From NCBI GenBank assembly GCA_951406725.2, contig OX597830.1, positions 70,184,001-70,248,000 on the forward strand: a stretch of DNA of 64,000 nucleotides. The letters are read 5' to 3'. The translations under genes and the position numbers were made by a program. Each line of letters starts with the position of its first letter. The stretch's first letter is position 1. This stretch comes from Octopus vulgaris. Its lineage: Eukaryota. Below are positions 13,635 through 25,531 of this stretch, piece by piece. The notes beneath the pieces were generated by a model. It ran no database searches. It saw nothing but the letters and a program-made list of their open reading frames with translations, and had not been told where the DNA came from.

Positions 13635-14070
13635 GTAGTGAGGAGGGAGACGAGGAGAAAGAGAACGACGATGATGATAATGGTGATGATGGTGATATTG
13701 GGATGGTAGTAGTGGTTGTTATGATGACAACGATGATGAGGTGGAGATCGAAGTCGACTACACGACGTTGGTGGTGATGACAGAGGCGGTGGTAATGGTA
13801 ATTATAATGATGATGAGGATTATGATGATGATGACGATGATGAGAAGGAGGGGAGGGGGGGAGAAAAACGAGGACGACTACCACAACGATGGTGATGCTG
13901 ATGATGTTTGTGAGAATGATGATGGTGGTGTTGATAGTCGGGATGATGACGGTGGTTACTATGACAACATCTATGACGACGACGATGATGATGATGATGA
14001 TGATGATGATAAAGACGACCTCGACGACAATGATGACTATTAATAACGATGACAACGATGACGACATTGG

Positions 14071-14114
<44 letters not shown>

Positions 14115-14613
14115 GTAAAGAACTGTGATCCAAACCATTTTTCTGTACCCTTCTCATTCCATGTCACCAATGCTTAAAGACACATCTGAGAACAGAACAG
14201 ATTGTCGATAAATATAGTTTTAGAAAATAATGACAAATAATTAAACAAAAATTACACCCTAGTCAAATCACCACCCCAACCACGACCATCACCACCGCTA
14301 CCACCACCACCACCACCACCAATTCTTGCAAAATATCTCAGATATTCCTCCCCTCCATCTCTCTCTCCCTTTCTCCTTATCTTCACCATCCTTCTCCTTC
14401 TCCTCCTCCTTCTCTTCCTCCCCGCCGCCGCCGCCGCCTGTATCTCTTGTAAAAGTAGATGTTTGATGTTTGGTTAGCAACATTTAAATATCGTAGTTGG
14501 CTTTTCAATAAAACATCAGCTTTAGGTTGAGAGAGTTAAAGTAGACGAAGAAGTAGATGAAGAAGAAGTAATTAGAAGGATGGGGAGGAGGGGTGGCGAA
14601 GACGACGACGACG

Positions 14614-14647
<34 letters not shown>

Positions 14648-14675
14648 TGATGATGATGATGATGACGACGACGAC

Positions 14676-14732
<57 letters not shown>

Positions 14733-14907
14733 GGTGATGATGCAGAAGATGATGATGAAGAGGTAGTAGCAGTAGTAGTAGTAGTAGTAGTAGTAGAAGA
14801 AGAAGAAGAAGAAGAAGAAGAAGAAGAAGAAGAAGAAGGGGAAGTGTGAAATAGGGGGGGGGGGCGATTGAAAAGAGTAAATAGATGACAACAAAGAATA
14901 TACATAC

Positions 14908-14940
<33 letters not shown>

Positions 14941-15000
14941 AGTGTGTACGTATATATATATATATACACGTGTGTGTGTATGTATAAATACGCGTGTAAA

Positions 15001-15031
<31 letters not shown>

Positions 15032-16331
15032 TGTGTAGAAAATAATAGATAAATAAAGGAAAATTTGGCAAAAATGTAAATAAACAAGGAATATCTGAAT
15101 AAAATATGGAAAGTTTAAAGTGTTCTTTAGCATTGTATTATGCTTGTGTGTGTGTGTGTATGTGCACGTGTTTATGCAAATATATATAACATATTATATA
15201 TTGTATATACATATGTGTATATTATTACATACAAATATTTATGCATAGATATAGAAATATATATATATATATACACACACATACATAAACCTACAGATTT
15301 GTCAAAAAAAAACCCCCATTTAAAATACGTACATACATAAATAAACACATAATCCATACGTACACGCGCGTGCACGTGCACAAGCGCAAACACACATATA
15401 TATGTATGTATTGTGTGTATATATATTGTGTGTATATATATATATATATGTTCATACACATTCTTATTGCATGCATGTGTGTATACAGACATACTCAGAC
15501 AAATACAGGAACATACATACACACATAAACCCACAAACATGCTCAAACATAACCCCCTCCCCCCTCCCCCCCACCCACACACAGTGACACATACAGCGGC
15601 ACACATTGACATACGCGAGGCACAAGGAAGCAATTTTGTATAAAATAATAAAAATTGAATTAACAATTAATTACGAGTGATTTTTGCTTCGGTTTGTTGT
15701 TGTTGTTGTTGTTGTTGTTGTTGAGGCTGTTGTTAATGTTTGTTTTCTCGATAAAGATGTTTTGCGATATGTTTGCGGGGTGTTGGTGGTGGTGGGTGGT
15801 GGTGGTGGTGGTGGTGGTGGTGGTGGTGGTAGTGGTAGTGGTGGTGGTAGGGGGGTGAGGTGAGAGTGGAAGTGGTAGCGATTTTTAAATATGTGCTGGG
15901 GGAGAGAAGGAGTGTTGGAGGGGGAAGGTTGTAGCGGTAGTGGTGGTGGTTGTGATGGTTGTGGTGGTTGTAGTGGTGGTTGTAGTGGTGGTTGTAGTGG
16001 TGGTGATAGTGGTGAAAGTGGTAGGAGATGAAACTGATGCTGGTAGTGGTGGTGGTGGTAGTGGTGACGTTCATAGTCGTGGTTACTCTCATGATAGTAA
16101 TGCTGCCGGTGATGGCGATGATGATGGTGGTGGTGGTGGTTTAGGAGGTAGTGGTAGTAGTGGTCTTGGTACTAATTATAGTCATGGTAGCAGAATCCGA
16201 TGGAATTAGTCGTAGCAGAATTAGTATTAGTATTATTACGAGTAGAAGTAATTGTAGTAGTAGTAGCAGCAGCATTAACAGCAGCATCAGTAACAATAGT
16301 AGTAGTAGTGGTGGTGGTGGTGGCGGTGAGG

Positions 16332-17125
16332 GAGTTCTGTATTGGTTGTAGTGGTGGTGGTGATGGGGAGTTCTGTATTGGTTGTAGTGGTGGTGGTAGC
16401 GGTGGTGGAGTTCTGTATTGGTTGTAGTGGTGGTGGTCGCGGTGAGGGAGTTCTGTATTGGTTGTAGTGGTGGTGGTGGCGGTGAGGGAGTTCTGTATTG
16501 GTTGTAGTGGTGGTGGTGATGGGGAGTTCTGTATTGGTTGTAGTGGTGGTGGTAGCGGTGGTGGAGTTCTGTATTGGTTGTAGTGGTGGTGGTCGCGGTG
16601 AGGGAGTTCTGTATTGGTTGTAGTGGTGGTGGTGGCGGTGAGGGAGTTCTGTATTGGTTGTAGTGGTGGTGGTGGTGGTGGTTGTAGTGGTGGTGGTAGC
16701 GGTGGTGGAGTTCTGTATTGGTTGTAGTGGTGGTGGTCGCGGTGAGGGAGTTCTGTATTGGTTGTAGTGGTGGTGGTCGCGGTGAGGGAGTTCTGTATTG
16801 GTTGTAGTGGTGGTGGTGATGGGGAGTTCTGTATTGGTTGTAGTGGTGGTGGTAGCGGTGGTGGAGTTCTGTATTGGTTGTAGTGGTGGTGGTGGGGTGA
16901 GGGAGTTCTGTATTGGTTGTAGTGGTGGTGGTGGCGGTGAGGGAGTTCTGTATTGGTTGTAGTGGTGGTGGTGATGGGGAGTTCTGTATTGGTTGTAGTG
17001 GTGGTGGTGGTGGTGGTGGAGTTCTGTATTGGTTGTAGTGGTGGTGGTGGTGGTGGAGTTCTGTATTGGTTGTAGTGGTGGTGGTGGCGGTGGTGGTGGT
17101 GGTGAGGAGTTCTGTATTGGTTGTA
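16332..17125. repeat. Minisatellite: 20 copies of invariant 19-mer GAGTTCTGTATTGGTTGTA with (GTG)n-based linkers
   Basis: Copies counted directly. Units are mostly 36-40 bp, with a 156-bp higher-order period (copy 1 at 16332, copy 5 at 16488). Confidence 0.95.
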
Positions 17126-17770
17126 GTGGTACTGGTGGCAGTGGCATTAGTGTGAGTATGAGTTGATCTTAGCTGTGGTAGTTGAGATGTTCGTGGTAGT
17201 GGTGGTGGTGGTGGTGGTGGTGGCGGTGAAGCGTATGATAATAGTGGTGATGGGGGTGACGGTGGGTGTAGTAGTAGTGGTAGCAGTGGTGATAGTGGTG
17301 GTGGTGGTGGTAGTGGTGGTGGTGGTAGTAGTGGTGGTGGTGGTAACACGTATGCTGGTGCCTATGCCTGTGGTACTTGCGATGGTATGGAGGTATTGGT
17401 CTTTCTGGTAACGATATTTATGTTCCGGTGATGCTAGTGACACTTGTGATGGTAGTTATAGTAGTGGTGGTTTTGTTGTGTTTTTTTTTTTTGGTGGTGG
17501 TGGTGGTGGTGGTGGTGGTGGTATATGTGACCGTGGCGGTAAGAAAGTGTAAAAGTTAGAGAGGGATGGGGGAAAATGATGTGGAGATGCTGCTACTTGC
17601 GTCGACCAGTTATCGGAAAGCAGCAGCGACGACGGTGGGGAGAGTAAATTGAACTTAAAAGAAGGACAAATTCAGAAGCTAAAATTGATATTAAATATCT
17701 GTAGACCCAGAGAAGAGCGTCAGCGGGACAGGCAGATATAGACACAGACGGAGAGAGATAAATGGAGAGT

Positions 17771-17814
<44 letters not shown>

Positions 17815-17821
<7 letters not shown>

Positions 17822-18260
17822 AGAACGAGGGAGAGGGAGAGAGAGAGATATTGGGGGAGGGAGGCGAAAGAAGAACTGACGGTGGAGATACGTGGCTGAG
17901 GAAAGGGAAAAAAAATACGCCATCCTAACCAGGCAGAGAAAGAGACATAGAGTAAGAAAGACAGCGAGAGAGAGAGAGAGAGAGTGAAAGAGAGAGACAG
18001 ATGAAGAACTAGGGAGAGGGAGAGAGAGAGATATTGGGGGGGGGGGAGGAAGGCGAAATAAGAACTGACGGTGGGGATACGTGGCAGAGGAAGAGGGGAA
18101 AAAAACGCCATCCTAACCAGGCAGAGAAAGAGACAGAGTAAGAAAGACACCGAGAGAGAGAGAGGGGGGGAATAAAAAGAAACGACGAATGGCGACGAGG
18201 GATGCAAGGGTTTGAGGAAAGAGAAAAAAAAAACCGCCATCTTAAGCAGGCAGAGAGACA
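17815..18260. repeat. Tandem duplication, about 188-bp unit, two close copies plus a diverged third
   Basis: CGCCATCCTAACCAGGCAGAGAAAGAGACA at 17918 and 18106, and CCGCCATCTTAAGCAGGCAGAGAGACA at 18234. Confidence 0.85.
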
Positions 18261-18574
18261 TGTGTCAAATGATGAGAGAAAGAGTGTGTTTGCTGTCTCG
18301 AGGACCTCATTGACGGTTAAAGACATTTGCTGTCCTCAAGCGGCACCCTTCAAACAACTTAATTTTATTTCAGGGCACCAGTTCAATCTTGTTGTTGTCA
18401 CGTTGATAGTTGTTGTTGTTGTTGTTGATGTTTATTTTATTTTCGTCGTAGTTTTTGTTGTGTTTGTTGTTGTGGTTGCTGTGTCGCTTCATTCCTTGTG
18501 AATGTTGATTTTTGATGATCTAATTGTTATTATATTATAATGTTGTTGATTACGCTATCGTTGTTGTTATTATT

Positions 18575-18815
18575 GTTGTTGTTGTTTAGATAGACTCAGA
18601 TCAAATCGGAACGAAGAGAGCAGGCCTATCATCAAAAGCATTCCAGCCGTGACAATCCCATTTATTTACAGTGAAATGATGGGCTGTCGTCCAAATAAAC
18701 GAACACTATTTCAACGTGTCCTTTCCTGATGTCAGACATGCAGCAGAAATTTGAAGAAGTTTTGACTGCTATTTCTAACAGATCGAGCAACCACCAATGA
18801 GACTCGCTCGTTTGT
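18575..18815 (-). mobile_element. Family D retroposon, near full length with (CAA)n tail
   Basis: The minus strand head CGAGCGAGTCTC..GGTTGCTCGATCTGTTAGAAATAGCAGTCAAAACTTCTTC runs to CTAAACAACAACAAC. Confidence 0.6.
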
Positions 18816-18874
18816 ATGTCAACATAGTCGTTTGTTACGATATGTAGTGGTTGTTATTGTTGTTGCTGGTGCCG

Positions 18875-19596
18875 TTTTACTTGTTTCAGTCATTGGACTG
18901 CGGCCATGCTGGGGCACAGCCTTGATGCGTTTAGTCGAACAAATCGATCCCAGCAGAATAAGTAAAGAGACTTTAAAAAGTCTTATACTTATTCTACTGG
19001 ACACCTTCGCCGAATTACTAATTTACGGGGACGTAAATAAACCAACACCAGTTGTCAAGCAGTGGTGGAGACAAACAGAAGTACAAAGGCACACACATAC
19101 ATTCATAAATACATACATACATACATACATACATACATACATGCATACATACATACAAACATACATACATACATACAAACATACATACATACATACATAC
19201 AAACATACATACATACATACGTATATAATACATACATACACACATACATATGCATAAGCTTATAGTATGCAAATTAGTAGCTCCCAGTTTACTGTAGCTA
19301 CTGAAATTATTGAATATATAAACAGATTAGTAGCTTGTTCCTCCGGGACTGGTTAAACTGATGTAGACGTCTCTGATGAGAATCCAGTAAGATTCGCATG
19401 TTTTCAGTCTACAGAGAAATAGCTAAAGTAGTCCTGTTTATAAATCTCTATATAGGATATATATTTTTTTATATATGACGGGGCTTCGTCGTAGCTTCCG
19501 TCGTCGGCCAGGATCATAGTAGAAGACAGTTGCTCAAGCTGCCGTGCACTGGGAGTGAACCTGCAATCACAGGACTGCAAAGTGAGCTTCTTAACC
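18875..19596 (-). mobile_element. SINE family A, diverged, interrupted in its microsatellite by a ~200-bp insert
   Basis: Family A tail at 18875-19090 and head at 19475-19596, with unrelated sequence at about 19256-19460. Confidence 0.75.
19256..19460 (+). mobile_element. Penelope-like remnant with decayed hammerhead
   Basis: CTGATGA-GAATC(CAGTAA)GATTC-G[AAA missing]CATGTTT at 19373-19403, flanked by complementary TGTAGAC/GTCTACA and lying in a TA-rich tract. Confidence 0.45.
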
Positions 19597-19771
19597 TGCT
19601 GTGTTGTTCTTGCTTAATTATTCTGGTATTACGACGATTCTTTACTTGAAATTGGTAAGTAATAATCTGAGAAATCTAAGACCGACAAGGTTAAATTAGA
19701 AAACAAAATAAATGCTAATTATCGACTTCACTTCCAAGCTAAAATTGAAGAGCGAGAGGAAGACACATATT

Positions 19772-19816
<45 letters not shown>

Positions 19817-19818
<2 letters not shown>

Positions 19819-19977
19819 GGAGTAAACACATAAATGTGAAACAAGGTGGAAAAAGAGTACTCAAATACCAGTGGTAGAGTAATATGCTTTATTTAAAGCA
19901 GCAGAAAATTCAACAAAATCTGTTACGAGAAACTCAGAGTAACAGATTTTGTTGAATTCTCTGCTGCTTTAAATAAA

Positions 19978-19978
<1 letters not shown>
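19817..19978. mobile_element. Penelope-like terminal remnant with inversion (40-bp inverted repeat) in (TA)n
   Basis: Arms 19887-19926 and 19939-19978 have 1 mismatch. The spacer plus the start of the right arm read GAAACTCAGAGTA, a hammerhead 3' half. Confidence 0.6.
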
Positions 19979-20008
<30 letters not shown>

Positions 20009-20320
20009 TGGGTAGATAAATGGGTATGTAACTGGATTGATGGCTGGCCGGATTGATAAAAATATATATTGATTGATAGAGAGGTATATGGATAAAAAGA
20101 TAGGTAACTAGCTAGATCATTAGATAGATAGATAGATGGATGGATGGCCAAACAGATGCCTGGATGGGTAGATAGATGTTTTACATAAACGCTTATACTT
20201 ACAGATGCATGCTTCACAACAGAGATATGTACATGTACAGAAAGAAAGAAAGGGAGAGAGAGAGGGGGGTCGCCTCAGGCTCAGGAAATGCAGTTGCTAC
20301 TCATGCAAAATCAGATTTGA

Positions 20321-20390
<70 letters not shown>

Positions 20391-20391
<1 letters not shown>

Positions 20392-20534
20392 TGTTTCTTT
20401 ATTAGCCACACAGGGCTGCACACAGACAGGACAAATTACAAGGTAGAGCTTTTCTTTTGGGGGTAAAAAAAGGGGGTTTGGTTTTCGATCAAAAGGGATC
20501 GTAAAAGGAAAGAAAGAGGACAAAAAAGGGGGGG
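20391..20534 (-). mobile_element. 3' end of a non-LTR retroelement inserted in (GATA)n
   Basis: Minus strand CTCTACCTTGTAATTTGTCC..CAGCCCTGTGTGGCTAATAAAGAAAC then (TATC)n, with GATA repeats on both sides. Related to 37124-37200. Confidence 0.55.
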
Positions 20535-20577
20535 ATAGATAGATAGATGGATAGATAGATAGGTAGGTAGATAGATG

Positions 20578-20647
<70 letters not shown>

Positions 20648-20900
20648 GGGATAGAGAAGCGGGATAAAGAAAGGCACAAAGGCGAATTTTTATTTATCCA
20701 ATACAAAATCTTTCAGCTTTCTCTTATAAACGATCGGTAAACAAAAGAGAGGAATACACGGAATATTCGAAGCATACTCTAGGGTATATACTTTTTTCAA
20801 TGATTAAAAGTGCTATTATAAAGTGTTTTAGCCGTCATTGCAACGTGTAATCGAACACACTGAAGAAATGCATTGCTTTATAGCGTATATCCTCTTGCGA

Positions 20901-21217
20901 AGGCGCGTGGCTTAGTGGTTAGGGATATTCGACTCGTGATAGTAAGCTCGTGAGTTCGATTCCCGGCGCCACGTTATGTCCTTGAGAATGACACTTTATT
21001 TCACGCTGTTCCAGTCCACTCAGCTGCCAAAAATGAGTTGTACCTGTATTTCAAAGGAGCCAGCCTTGTCGCATTCTGTCTTAAGCTGAATCTCCCTGAG
21101 AACTACGTTAAAGGTACGCATGTTTGTGGAGTGCTCAGCTATTTGCACGTTAATTTCTCGAGCAGGCTGTTCCGTTGATTGGATCGACTGGAACCCACAT
21201 CGTCATAACTGGCAGAG
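20901..21217 (+). mobile_element. tRNA-derived SINE, older subfamily related to family C
   Basis: TGGCTTAGTGG A box and GAGTTCGATTCC B box. The 3' half matches family C. Confidence 0.8.
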
Positions 21218-21625
21218 GGCCAGTCTATATCCTCTATCAATGATGGCGAACTTACGAACGCGTGAGAGCGGTGATAAAACGTTAGATTTGAGGTAACATT
21301 CAGTTGTTTTAAATAAATAATCTCACTACAATTTAATGTTATAAAAAACTTATTTATTATATGCATTTCCTTAAAGCTAAAATCTACCACAAGGTCCAGT
21401 CTTTGTCGCCGTATGATGGTTTCTGTGCTTCAGTGACTCTGATAGCTATATAGTAGAGAGGTATCAACTAGAAGGGCCCCCTATGCTAGACAGATCAAAG
21501 GCTAGAAGCCAGACACATATGAGTCAACCCTTCCCAGATGTAGAAATTGGTTTGCGTAGGGCAAAGTTTCAGGAGCTACTCTGAATTTCACAGTTCCGAT
21601 CCTTAGGCGACTTTATACGTATGTA

Positions 21626-22180
21626 CAGGGTGGACCAAAATGATCTGACACATTTGGAGGCTTAATAAAAGCACAAAATAAGAAATAACGAAAAGAAATA
21701 TTTTATTTTCTGAATGTTCAGGTAATGCCATTTTATTTCATTAAGTTTTAAAAATTAAATCAGCTAAATGCTTCTCATCATTGTCAACACACTGTTGGAG
21801 ACGTTCATGAAAGTTATCGATAACTCTATGGATCATTTCTTCTGGAATGGTGAAATGTGATTTCTTCTTGTGGGGATATTTAAAATCAAAAGTATTCAGT
21901 CATAGCCCTCGATCTATTGATGAATTAAAACGTGTAATTTGTGTAGAAATAGCAACCATTCCAGAAGAAATGATCCATAGAGTTATCGATAACTTTCATG
22001 AACGTCTCCAACAGTGTGTTGACAATGATGGGAAGCATTTAGCTGATTTAATTTTTAAAACTTAATGAAATAAAATGGCATTATATGTACGTTCAGAAAA
22101 TAAAAGTTTTCTTTTCATTATTTCTTATTTTGTGCTTTTATTAAGCCTCCAAATGTGTCAGATCATTTTGGTCCACCCTG
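21626..22180. mobile_element. Tc1/mariner-derived foldback MITE with 226-bp inverted arms and TA TSD
   Basis: TA|CAGGGTGGACC...GGTCCACCCTG|TA, with arms at 21626-21851 and 21955-22180. The spacer plus right arm encode CDFFLWGYLKSKVF..IDELK..NFHERLQQC..GKH, a Tc1/mariner transposase C-terminus. Confidence 0.9.
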
Positions 22181-22258
22181 TATATATGAACACAGACACA
22201 CACATATAATGTCTGTATGAATGAGTGAACATATATGTGTTTATGAGTGTACATATAA

Positions 22259-22289
<31 letters not shown>

Positions 22290-22617
22290 CATGTGTGTGT
22301 GTGTGTGTGTAGTGGAATATATATATGAGTATAAATGTGTGTGCATATACGGGACTCATGAGTCTAATACAAAGTTTAATCATTGCAATATAGACCAACG
22401 AGCCAACCAACTAACCAGCCAGCCTGCCAGGCGACCAATCAAACCATCCAACCAAAGAAACAAACAATCAATCAAACAATCAAACAACCATCAAACAAAC
22501 ACTGATAATATAACACACGCACATACTCTCACATATACACACGCATTTCTGTATATACACACAGTCACACACATATTTGCTTGTAGGTGTGTGCGTGTGT
22601 CGTATATACATACATAC

Positions 22618-22661
<44 letters not shown>

Positions 22662-22683
22662 CGTACATACATGCATACATACA

Positions 22684-22716
<33 letters not shown>

Positions 22717-22729
22717 GTATGTATATATG

Positions 22730-22826
<97 letters not shown>

Positions 22827-23574
22827 TTAGGAATGTTGCTGCGAGAGAGAGGAAGAGAGAGAAGACAGAAAATAGAAAAAGCTTTTAAGTGCAAAAGGAA
22901 ACAAAACAACAAACAAAAGGAAACCCAACAAATACAAATACAAACACAAATAAAATAAAATAAAATAAAATAAATATAGAAGAGAAAAGAAAAACGAAAA
23001 AGCCAAAAGGTAGAACTGCAAATGACTGACAGAGATGAAACTGAATCAGCAAAGCATTGAACCAAGAGGAAACAGGGAATCACGTGTTGGCCAGAAAGTC
23101 TTCAAAGCCAGCTAGTTATATACTCACAGATGAACTAATTGCTCATTTAGTAAAGTACCCAATATAGTCTTTATAATAGGCAATCTGGGAAAACGGTAAG
23201 AGATAGACACAGATAGAGAGAGAGAGAAAGCTAGAGCGAAAGAGAGAGAGAGGAAGATATAAAGAGAGCATGAGTTGGACAGTGAGAGAGGTTGTAAGTG
23301 ACAGAAGGAAAGAGACAGACAGACAGAGATGATTGATGAAGGATGGGGGTGTGTGGGTAATGATTAAGAGAAAGAACGATGAGAGATAGAGATAGAGATG
23401 AAGAGAAGAGAAAGAAGGTGGGCTGGAGCTTGGTAGAGAGATAGGAAGGTGTGAAGTGTGAAACTTTTGAGATCAGAGAAAGGTAAAATCAAATTTATGT
23501 GTACCTATCTGTCTATGTATCTATTTGTAAATGCTTATATATATATATATATATATTACACACACACACACACA

Positions 23575-23643
<69 letters not shown>

Positions 23644-23717
23644 CATATATTTATATTAATATTAATGTTAAGTATATTAAATATATATAGGAATATATAT
23701 GTACAAATATGTACACA

Positions 23718-23761
<44 letters not shown>

Positions 23762-23762
<1 letters not shown>

Positions 23763-24090
23763 AAATTTGAGGACTGACCACTAAAAGTGGACAGCCTATA
23801 TGCTAAACATAGACGTCAAATCGCCATTACCACGTTTTTATTTCGTATATTTTCATTTGTCTTGCTTATTTTTACATTTTGGTTTTTAGCTGAGATTTTT
23901 CTAGAGAACACATTCTTCGTGGTAATGGCAAGTTGACGTCTATGTCTAGCATGTAAGCTGTCCACTTTTAGTGGTCAGTCCTCTAAATTTTATATGTAAA
24001 ACAATTTTTAATCTTCGGATTTTTTAAAATATGCTAAGTCACTGGTTTTAATTGATTAATATCGATTTCTACCTTTATTTAATTTTATAT
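23762..24090. mobile_element. Element in (TA)n with ~72-bp imperfect inverted repeat (PLE-type inversion or MITE)
   Basis: 23763-23834 is the reverse complement of 23918-23991. Both outer flanks are (TA)n. Confidence 0.55.
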
Positions 24091-24095
24091 ATGTA

Positions 24096-24319
<224 letters not shown>

Positions 24320-24327
24320 CATATCAT

Positions 24328-24978
24328 ATTGCTTTCAAATTTTGGCACAACGCCAGCAAGTTCATGGAGTGGGTGGGGTAACTTAACTACATCGACCTCA
24401 GTGCTCAGCTGGTATTTCTTTTATCGATCCAGATTAATTGAGGCAAAGTCGCAGCTCATTTCTACAGCTGAGTGAACTGGAGCAACGTGAAATAAAGTGT
24501 CTTGCTCAAGAGTATAACACACAGCCCTGCCCTGAAATTGAACTCACTACCTCATAATTGTGAGCCCGATGCTCTAACCTCTGAGCCTTTTACTATAAAT
24601 CCTATTAAACCCTGAGGCTGACCAGTGGCCTGTGAGTGAATTTGGCAGACGAAAATTATGAGGGATTCTCTCGTATATGTGTGTGTGTGTGTGTGTGTTT
24701 ATGTTTGTCCCCTATCAGCCTTTGACAACCGGTAGTGGGTTGATAAAGTTTCCGCAACTTAGCGGTTCAACAAAAGAAATCGCTTGTATAAGTATCAAAC
24801 TTAACAATAAGAACTGAGTGCCGATTTATTCGACTAGACCTCGGCGGAATTTGAACTCAGAACGTAACGGTTGACAAAATACCTATTTCTTTGCTACCCA
24901 CAAGGGGTTAAACACAGAGAGGCAGACGAAATACCGCTAAGCATTTTGGCCCGCGTGTTAACGATTCTACAAGCTCCC
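24328..24978. mobile_element. Cluster of nested or abutting SINE fragments (B-, C-like-, A+, B-)
   Basis: B tail at 24328-24452, C-like head at 24455-24587, A body at 24615-24835, B head at 24836-24978. Confidence 0.65.
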
Positions 24979-25254
24979 ATCATAATCGATTAGATCTTTG
25001 GGTACGAATTTTCGTTTTGTGTATTGAGTAAAGCAGGAGAGATTCCTGGTACTCAACTCGGAGCACGAAATTTTGGTTATCAGAGTATTATAATTGCCGT
25101 AGACTATCATAAAATTGAAGGATTTATATATACGAAAAGTCTACTTTGTAATTTGCATTCATAGAAACAGCGTTAGGCACACATCTCACGGTCATGCAAG
25201 AAAATTTGCTGCCTCATCTTACTGAAAACCGCTTCCTTATGGAATGATTCTTAG

Positions 25255-25390
25255 GACAAGCCAGTTGGAAAAGGTCTATCTTCTTTCCATTAGAGCAAGC
25301 CAGTTGGGTGAAGCCTATCTTTTTCCATGAAGACAAACCTGTGAGAAATATGAATGTTCTTCTATGAGAGCGAGCCAGTTGAGAGATGTC
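25255..25390. repeat. Degenerate tandem repeat, about 38-bp unit, 3.5 copies
   Basis: CAAGCCAGTTGG at 25257 and 25296, CAAACCTGTGAG at 25334, CGAGCCAGTTG at 25371. Confidence 0.6.
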
Positions 25391-25531
25391 TTTCGTGTTC
25401 TGTTTCGTCAAAACATTATAAGTCAAAGAAAGTACCCGTCGGTTGTAAAATACTTCAGCTAAGTTACGGATAGGTAAGCTTATTCATTTGGCGAGTTTTA
25501 GCTCTCGTTTCTTTATCCTATGAAAACTCAA

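Noticed and set aside
16332-17125. CRISPR array
   Set aside because: The linkers are recurrent (GTG)n variants rather than unique spacers, there are no cas genes, and the context is eukaryotic.
16141-17349. 402-aa Pro/Thr/His-rich ORF
   Set aside because: It is a product of the minisatellite and trinucleotide tracts. Several frames are open and the same peptides cycle between frames.
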